A DNA stretch of 15,944 bases from Thermoplasmatales archaeon SW_10_69_26. GTDB taxonomy: Archaea; Thermoplasmatota; SW-10-69-26. Below, in pieces: positions 1 through 8,199 of this stretch (its first letter is position 1; each line of letters begins with the position of its first letter). The position numbers and the translations under genes were made by a program. The stretch spans positions 64,972-80,915 of the forward strand of contig PXUB01000037.1 in NCBI GenBank assembly GCA_003009755.1. Reading direction: 5' to 3'. Under the pieces are notes generated by a model. That model saw nothing but the letters and a program-made list of their open reading frames with translations. It was not told where the DNA came from and did no database searches.

Positions 1-17
1 CTGTCTCGTTAAGCAGG

Positions 18-137
18 GCCGCGAAGGACACGAAGGATCGCCAAGGCCACGAAGGGCCTGTGTACTCGCCGCCGGGCGGCTTTGTCACGGCAGCTGCTCC
101 CCGTTGTGCCCTGGCGTCCCCTCGCGTCCTTGGTGGT
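18..137. repeat. Imperfect inverted repeat built from 9-10 nt tandem units (REP/MITE-like palindrome)
   Basis: The left arm has four units: ccgcgaagg / acacgaagg / atcgccaagg / ccacgaagg (19-55). The reverse complement of the right arm (99-137) reads accaccaagg acgcgaggg gacgccaggg cacaacgggg. Positions 18-47 match the reverse complement of 108-137 at 22/30. An inner mini-hairpin gccgc-cgg-gcggc lies at 68-80. Confidence 0.65.
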
Positions 138-184
138 CCCCCCGTTTCTTATCCTTACAGCGCGCCTGAAACCCGCCCCATACC

Positions 185-192
185 TTCTTTAC
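185..192 (+). promoter_or_regulatory. Possible archaeal TATA-like box for the sulfotransferase
   Basis: TTCTTTAC starts 30 nt upstream of ATG 215, the same spacing seen before other genes in the window. The match to consensus is weak. Confidence 0.3.
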
Positions 193-214
193 GCCGTTCG
201 CGTTGCCCGCACCG

Positions 215-1114
215 ATGCCCGGGCGTTGGCCCAACGCCTTCATCGCCGGCACCCCCAAAGCCGGCACCACGTCCCTGTACCGCTACCTCGCCCAGCACCC
301 GGCCATCCACATGAGCGAGGAGAAGGAACCGCACTTCTTCGACGACGTCTTCCGCGACACCGACCCCGACACCGAGGCCCGCCGCCAGGCTACGGAGGCC
401 TACCTCGCCCTCTTCGCCGACGCCGAGGAACCGATCGTCGGCGAGGCCACCCCCGGCTACTTCTCCAAGCCCGGTGTCTTCGAGCGCATCGACGAACGCT
501 GCACGGACCCGCGCTTCGTCGTCTCCCTGCGGGACCCGATCGCCGCCATCCACTCCGGCTACCTCATGCGGGCCCGCCGGGGCAAGCAACGCATCGAGGA
601 CGAACCCGAGGGCTTCACCGAGCACGTCCGCACCTCCCTGGCCGCCGACCCCGGGTCCCGGGACCGCTACAACATCGAGGGTCGCTTCTACGGCACCCAC
701 TACGAGCGGTTCTGCTCCGTCTTCGAGGAGGACCGGATCCACCTCCTCACGCTCGACGAGCTCGGCGAGGACCCCCGCGGCGTGCTGCGCGACATCGCCC
801 GCTTCCTCGACGTCGACCCCGGGGCCGTCGACGCGATCGACCTCGACACCCGGCACAACCCCTTCGGCGTCCCCAGCAACGAGCTGTTCCGCTGGCTGTT
901 GACCAGCGATCTGCCTCGCCGGGTCGCCCGGCTCGTGCTCCCGGAACCGGTCCGCGTGTGGCTGGGCGAGCACGCCCTCCTCGAGAAGACCGAGAAACCG
1001 CCGATGGGCGAGGAACCTGTCGAGCTACTCGCCGACGAGTTCGAGCCCGAGATCACCAAGCTCGAGAAGCAGACCGGCCGCTCGTTCGACTCGCTGCGCG
1101 CGAGCTGGAGCTAG
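215..1114 (+). CDS. PAPS-dependent sulfotransferase (Sulfotransfer_1/3-type, P-loop fold), 299 aa
   Basis: It has the 5'-phosphosulfate-binding loop PNAFIAGTPKAGTTSLYRYLAQHP, KEPHFF, GEATPGY, and the 3'-phosphate-binding motif LRDPIAAIHS. ATG 215 is preferred over TTG 203. Confidence 0.9.
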   Translation: MPGRWPNAFIAGTPKAGTTSLYRYLAQHPAIHMSEEKEPHFFDDVFRDTDPDTEARRQATEAYLALFADAEEPIVGEATPGYFSKPGVFERIDERCTDPRFVVSLRDPIAAIHSGYLMRARRGKQRIEDEPEGFTEHVRTSLAADPGSRDRYNIEGRFYGTHYERFCSVFEEDRIHLLTLDELGEDPRGVLRDIARFLDVDPGAVDAIDLDTRHNPFGVPSNELFRWLLTSDLPRRVARLVLPEPVRVWLGEHALLEKTEKPPMGEEPVELLADEFEPEITKLEKQTGRSFDSLRASWS

Positions 1115-1472
1115 ACTGCCGGACGTGTTTTGCTTACGCTCTCGCGCCGGTCTCGGGAGACCGGCCACGGTCTTCCGGGAGTACGGGCGCCAAGCCCGTG
1201 CGAATGAGCGAGGCAAAATCGCGGAGCCCGAGGAAGGAAACCCCCTGTGGGTTGTCGACGGAGGGCGACAACAAGATTGCCCGCCTCAGACCGGCGCCTG
1301 CACGCGAGGCCGGCCTCAGGCGGCGATGATTCGATCTTTGCAAGTTGTGAGGTTTCCAAGCGTTGTCGCCGTCGACATCGACGTAGCCTCCGGCTACTCC
1401 GTCGTCTCGGCTCCGCGCTTTCACCGCCTGAGGCCGAGCGAGAGCTTAACCCAAGCACAGCCGGCAGTCTAG
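1111..1472. mobile_element. Non-autonomous MITE/REPIN-like element (354 bp between two CTAG tetranucleotides)
   Basis: Terminal inverted repeats 1111-1145 and 1438-1472 match at 29/35, and the outer 12 nt are perfect (CTAGACTGCCGG / CCGGCAGTCTAG). CTAG at both ends is compatible with a CTAG or TA target duplication. The interior is packed with hairpins and has no credible ORF. Confidence 0.75.
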
Positions 1473-1572
1473 GTCGCCCGGTCCCCACGGTCGCTACCCG
1501 ACGCCCGTCGGCGCGCGAGGACCGATCTTGGGTCCGAGATCTCCGCCAGGTTCGGCATGGCTCGAGATCGAG

Positions 1573-1839
1573 CTATCCGTCGTCTGGCCGGTCGCCGAGC
1601 GCTGGTGAGGCTGGATGCGGGCAGTCCGAGGCGGTCACGTCGCTGACTGGAGTCTCCAGCTCGAGCAAGCCCCTCACGGCCATCGGATCGGCGTGCTCGA
1701 CCGAGTCGATCGTCAAGAGGTTGCAGGCGATCTCCTCGGCGTACGGGCTGGCCGGATCCACGAAGTACAGGTGCATGGCGTGGCCGGTGAGCGTCTTCTC
1801 CGTGACGGCCGCCAGCCTATCGTCGTTCTCGGGGCCCAT
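1573..1839 (-). CDS. Small acidic hypothetical protein, 88 aa
   Basis: ATG 1839 lies 11 nt after the stop of the GmhB-like gene and is preceded by purine-rich GAGAGGGG. The translation MGPENDDRLAAVTEKTLTGHAMHLYFVDPASPYAEEIACNLL... is acidic like the genuine proteins here. No family recognised. Confidence 0.5.
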   Translation of the reverse strand: MGPENDDRLAAVTEKTLTGHAMHLYFVDPASPYAEEIACNLLTIDSVEHADPMAVRGLLELETPVSDVTASDCPHPASPALGDRPDDG

Positions 1840-1850
1840 GGCCCCTCTCG

Positions 1851-2501
1851 TCAGCTCCCCCGTCGGGGAGAGACGGTCTGGCTGCTGGTTTCGGTCCTCG
1901 GGGTCGGCGGCTGCTCGGCCAGGATCCGATCCACGGCCGCCGGCAGATCCTGCGCGTGGTGGTCGGCCTCCGGCGCCGTCTTCCAGCGCTCCCACGGGAA
2001 CTTCGACCCCGTGATCTTGATCGTGTCCGCACCGAAGCGGCGGCCAGCCTCGACGTCGCTGGGCTTGTCGCCGACCATCCAGCTCCCCTCCGATGCCAAG
2101 CCCAGCTCCTCGGCCGCGGACACCAGCATCCCGGGCTCCGGTTTCCCGCAGGCGCACTCGTCGAAGAAGCCGTCCCGGCACGATCGGAACGCGTCGACAC
2201 GACCGCCGACCTCCTCGATGGCGGCCTGGATGTCCTCGTGGATGCGATCGAGGTCCTCGCCGTCGATGATGCCCCAAGCGACGGGGCGCTGGTTCGTGAC
2301 GATGACGATCCGGTAGCCGGCCTCGGTCAAGCGAGCGACGGCCTCGGGCACGCCGGGCAGGATCTCGAGCTGGGACTCGTCGCGCACGAGCGTGATGCTG
2401 CGCCGGTTGATCACGCCATCGCGGTCGAGGAACACAGCCGGGTCTCCCTCGGCCTCCTCGTCCCCAACCGTCGGCTTCTCGGCGTTGGCGTGCACCGCCA
2501 C
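1851..2501 (-). CDS. HAD-superfamily IIIA phosphatase, GmhB (heptose-1,7-bisphosphate phosphatase)/HisB-N-like
   Basis: Motifs AVFLDRDGVIN, IVIVTNQ, CACGKPEPGML and WMVGDKPSDVEAG are present. GTG 2501 is chosen because a BRE/TATA-like box begins 29 nt upstream. ATG 2519 and GTG 2495 are alternative starts. Confidence 0.85.
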   Translation of the reverse strand: MAVHANAEKPTVGDEEAEGDPAVFLDRDGVINRRSITLVRDESQLEILPGVPEAVARLTEAGYRIVIVTNQRPVAWGIIDGEDLDRIHEDIQAAIEEVGGRVDAFRSCRDGFFDECACGKPEPGMLVSAAEELGLASEGSWMVGDKPSDVEAGRRFGADTIKITGSKFPWERWKTAPEADHHAQDLPAAVDRILAEQPPTPRTETSSQTVSPRRGS

Positions 2502-2522
2502 ACCCGTGAGGGACCCCATCGA

Positions 2523-2537
2523 CGCAAAAACGTTTCG
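2523..2537 (-). promoter_or_regulatory. BRE + TATA-like promoter for the GmhB-like gene
   Basis: The minus strand reads CGAAACG-TTTTTGCG. It is the only AT-rich patch in this divergent intergenic region. Confidence 0.5.
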
Positions 2538-2615
2538 TGTCCGGTCCCGCTCACCCCGCTCGAAGCCTCCCAGCCCGCGTAGGGTCTATCCGAGGCCCGC
2601 CCCTGGGTGCCGTTG

Positions 2616-4039
2616 ATGGCGAGCCTCCTCTGGCTGGACAACGACCTGCGGATCCACGACCACGAAGCGCTGCGCGCCGCCCTCGCCGATCCCGGGCCCG
2701 TGCTCCCCATGTTCTTGTGGGCCCCCGAGACGCTGGGCGATTGGGCGCCGGGCGGGGCCTCCCGGTGGTGGCTGCACCACAGCCTGCAGGCCCTCCAGGC
2801 CCGGTTGGCCGACCGTGGAGCCAGTCTGCACCTCGCGCAGGGCGACCCCGGACAGCGGTTGCGCGAACTCGCCGAGGCCGTCGACGCCGACACCGTCCAC
2901 TGGACGCGACGGCTGGGACCCGAGCGCGCCCGCAGGGACGAGCGCGCGCGTGAGGTGCTGGCCGAGGCCAGCCTGGACGTCCACGTGCACGATGGCCGCA
3001 TCCTGCACGACCCCGCCGAGGTCGAGACGACCAGCGGGGGCCCCTACCGCGTGTTCACGCCGTTCTGGGACCGCTTCCAGGCCGAGGTGCACGTCCCCCG
3101 ACCCCAACCGGCGCCCGAGGCGATCGCGACCCCGAGCTCGGTCCCCGAGGGCTGCGAGCTCGTGGACCTGGACCTTTTGCCCACGCCCGACTGGGCCCAC
3201 GGCCTCCGCGAGACCTGGCGCCCCGGCGAAGCCGGCGCCCACCAGCGGCTGGCCACCGTCGTCGACGACCGCCTGGACGCCTACCTCGAGGCCCGCGACC
3301 GCCCCGACGTCGAGGGAACCAGCCGGTTGTCCCCCCACCTCGCTTGGGGCGAGATCAGCCCACGCACCGTCTGGTGGCGCGTCAAGGACGCCATCCTCGA
3401 CGGGGCCGTCGACCCCGAGGCCGCCCGCGGCTTCCTGCGCCAGGTCGGCTGGCGCGAGTTCGGCTACCACCTGATCCACCACTTCCCCCAGACCCCGACC
3501 GAGCCGCTGCGCGAGAAGTACGAGAACCTGCCTTGGCGCCGAGCCCCCGACGAGCTCGAGCGCTGGCGCCGCGGCCGCACCGGGTTCCCGCTGGTCGACG
3601 CCGGCCTCCGTCAGCTATGGCACGAGGGCTGGATCCACAACCGCGTCCGCATGGTCGTCGGCGCGTTCCTCGCCAAACACCTGCTCCTCCCCTGGCAGGA
3701 AGGCGCCGAGTGGTTCTGGGATACGCTCGTCGACGCCGATCTGGCGAACAACACGCTCGGCTGGCAGTGGGCGGCCGGCTGCGGCGCCGACGCCCAACCG
3801 TTCTTCCGCATGTTCAACCCGATGACGCAGGGCGAGGACCACGATCCCGACGGGGCCTACGTGCGGCGATGGGTGCCCGAGCTCGCCGATCTACCCGACG
3901 AGTACCTGAACCGGCCCTGGGAGGCCCCGCCCGAGGTGCTCGCCCAGGCGGACGTCGAGCTGGGCGAGGACTACCCCGAGCCGATCGTCGACCACGGCGA
4001 AGCCCGCGCCCGGGCCCAGTCGGCCTACGACCGGATAGG

Positions 4040-4043
<4 letters not shown>
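2616..4043 (+). CDS. phrB: Deoxyribodipyrimidine (CPD) photolyase, cryptochrome/photolyase family, 475 aa
   Basis: Motifs [62 protein letters not shown] and [30 protein letters not shown]. The start is ATG 2616, with GTG 2607 as an alternative. Confidence 0.95.
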
Positions 4044-6301
<2,258 letters not shown>

Positions 6302-6321
6302 GCCTGCCAGACACCGCGGAC

Positions 6322-6336
6322 CTTTTTAAGCGTTGC
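6322..6336 (-). promoter_or_regulatory. BRE/TATA promoter of maeB (likely leaderless transcript)
   Basis: The minus strand reads GCAACG-CTTAAAAAG. The first T is 28 nt upstream of ATG 6301. Confidence 0.65.
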
Positions 6337-6431
6337 CAACCGCGCCCGGCCCACCCGCGTCCGGGAACGGTGCGGTCGCTGGCCCCCGCTTGCGGACAGC
6401 CTTCACGGGCACCAGCGACCACCGGGATCCG

Positions 6432-7523
6432 ATGCCTCACCGCGGCCTCGCCCTGTTGCTCGCCCTCGCGCTCGCCACCGTGACCGCCACGCCCGCCGCC
6501 GTGGGCGGCTCCTCGGCCCGCTCGAGCCCCGACGTGGTCGAGATCGACGCCGCCACCGGCGAGCTCGTCTCCGCGCCCGCCGACCCCGGCACGAACGTCA
6601 CCGTCCGCGTGCACGGGGTCCCGGCCGGCGAGACCGGGTTCACTCTCCACGGACCGCCGGGAGAGCTGTTCGTGAACCAGACCTCCCGCGCCGACGGCGT
6701 CGTCGAGTTCTGGGACGTCCCCGCCGGGCCCGGCACCTACGAGATCGAGACCACCCCAAGCGCGGACGCTGGGACGCTCTCCGTCGAGATCGTGTCCGAC
6801 GACTGCGCCGTGCCCACCGGCTGCCGCACGACGAGCGACTGGTGGTGCAGCTCCACCCGCTCGGAGAAGCTGGCCGACGAGATCCACTGGACGCCGCTGC
6901 TCGGTGTCAACAGCCCCTCGGATGGGCAAGCCGTCGCCTCCAGCGAGTGGTCGCGCACCGAGGCCCTGTTCGTCTCGCCCGGCTCGTGGGAGAGCCGCAC
7001 CCAGCACAGCGAACGCATCGAGGCCACCGACGGGGAAAGCTGGGGCTTCTACCGGCTCGCCAAATGGGGCATCTACGAGCGCACGACCGACCCCTGCTTC
7101 GGTGAACCCGAGACCACGCGCGAAGCCAAGGTGATCGACTGGACGCCTCGCGGTTACGTCTCGGAGACCTCGATCGAGCTGACCCACAACGACCACTACA
7201 CCGACGCCGACAACCTCATCAAGACGGGGAACAACGACGAGAGCACACTCGTCCACGACCTCCGGTACAAGATCAAGGACCGCGAACGCGAAGGCCCCAA
7301 CGAACGTGCCATCAAGAACGAGGAGATCACCGCGATCGCGGGCGGCGTCTCCGCCGGCACCCATTACGTCAGCTTCGACATCATCCGCTTCGAGCTCGCC
7401 CACGAGGAGACGATCTCGTACACGTACACCTTCCCGCAGAAGGGCAGCTGGGCCATCGACGAGCTGCGGGGCAGCGACGGCTGGGCCTTCTGCCGCCCGG
7501 CGGAGGCCGACTGCTCGGGGTGA
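6432..7523 (+). CDS. Secreted hypothetical protein, 363 aa, beta-rich, 6 Cys
   Basis: ATG 6432 gives a Sec-type signal peptide, MPHRGLALLLALALATVTATPAAVG. The mature part is acidic. A small beta-sandwich-like segment (ADGVVEFWDVPAGPGTYEIET) precedes a Trp/Cys-containing domain. Confidence 0.8.
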   Translation: MPHRGLALLLALALATVTATPAAVGGSSARSSPDVVEIDAATGELVSAPADPGTNVTVRVHGVPAGETGFTLHGPPGELFVNQTSRADGVVEFWDVPAGPGTYEIETTPSADAGTLSVEIVSDDCAVPTGCRTTSDWWCSSTRSEKLADEIHWTPLLGVNSPSDGQAVASSEWSRTEALFVSPGSWESRTQHSERIEATDGESWGFYRLAKWGIYERTTDPCFGEPETTREAKVIDWTPRGYVSETSIELTHNDHYTDADNLIKTGNNDESTLVHDLRYKIKDREREGPNERAIKNEEITAIAGGVSAGTHYVSFDIIRFELAHEETISYTYTFPQKGSWAIDELRGSDGWAFCRPAEADCSG

Positions 7524-7527
7524 TCGC

Positions 7528-8199
7528 ATGCTCGGACACGACCACGCCCTCCTCCCCGGCGGGTTAGGGCTGGGCCTCGTCGTCGCCAGCCTGGCGGGTC
7601 TGTTCACCTACGCCGGGTTCGGCCTCGCCGCCGACCCGACGACCGTCACGGCAGACGCCGGCGACCGGCACGAGCTCACGTTCGCCGACGGTGAACCCGA
7701 CCGCCAGCACCGCTCCTGGTCGACCCAGCTCGTCTTGGATGGCCCGCCCGAGGCCTACGAGATCTCCGTCGGCGTCCCCTACACCGTCGACCCCCAGGAA
7801 CCCGACGTCCTCGGCGCCGACGTGTGGACGAACGCGACCGTGAACGGCGAGACCGCCACCCAGCATCGCTACCGCCCCTCCACCACGACGGTCGCCCTCG
7901 TCGTGCCCGGTCCCCACCTCGATACCCCGTCCTTCCAGGAGGGGACCAACACGATCGCCGTCGAAACCACCGCCCACCGCCCGCCCGAGGCGGAGGGCTC
8001 GGCCCAGGTCACGATCGGACCCCTGCAGGCCGAAGCCCAGCCCCAGGACACCGACGGCGACGGCATCGTCGACACCGACCAACCGGTCCACGGTCTCCAC
8101 ACGGCGTGGGTGGCCGCCGCCGGGGCCCTCCTCGCGGGCGTCCCGGCCACGTACCTCCGTCGCCGAGCCCTCGACGACGGTGAGGAGGGACGAGGGTGA
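7528..8199 (+). CDS. Membrane-anchored surface protein with DxDxDG motif and C-terminal TM+RRR tail, 223 aa
   Basis: An SD-like GGGGTGA precedes ATG 7528. The protein has an N-terminal hydrophobic helix, QDTDGDGIVDTD, and C-terminal VHGLHTAWVAAAGALLAGVPATYLRRR. Confidence 0.8.
   Translation: MLGHDHALLPGGLGLGLVVASLAGLFTYAGFGLAADPTTVTADAGDRHELTFADGEPDRQHRSWSTQLVLDGPPEAYEISVGVPYTVDPQEPDVLGADVWTNATVNGETATQHRYRPSTTTVALVVPGPHLDTPSFQEGTNTIAVETTAHRPPEAEGSAQVTIGPLQAEAQPQDTDGDGIVDTDQPVHGLHTAWVAAAGALLAGVPATYLRRRALDDGEEGRG

Noticed and set aside
1-12. CTG TCT CGT TAA as the 3' end of an upstream gene
   Set aside because: Plausible, but only four codons are visible, which is not enough to call a feature.
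19-55. Short periodic repeats as a CRISPR array
   Set aside because: The units are 9-10 nt with no spacers, and there are no cas genes in the window.
1115-1468. Structured region as tRNA, SRP RNA or RNase P RNA
   Set aside because: I found no cloverleaf or T-loop, no SRP helix-8 motif and no RNase P GAGGAAAGUCC-type conserved segment. Terminal inverted repeats with CTAG fit an inserted element better. An Rfam scan would be decisive.
1111-1488. Short ORFs inside the MITE-like element (1125-1472, 1134-1424, 1111-1488) as a transposase or toxin
   Set aside because: No DDE, HUH or HTH motif is visible and the composition is atypical. The sequence is better explained by its palindromic structure.
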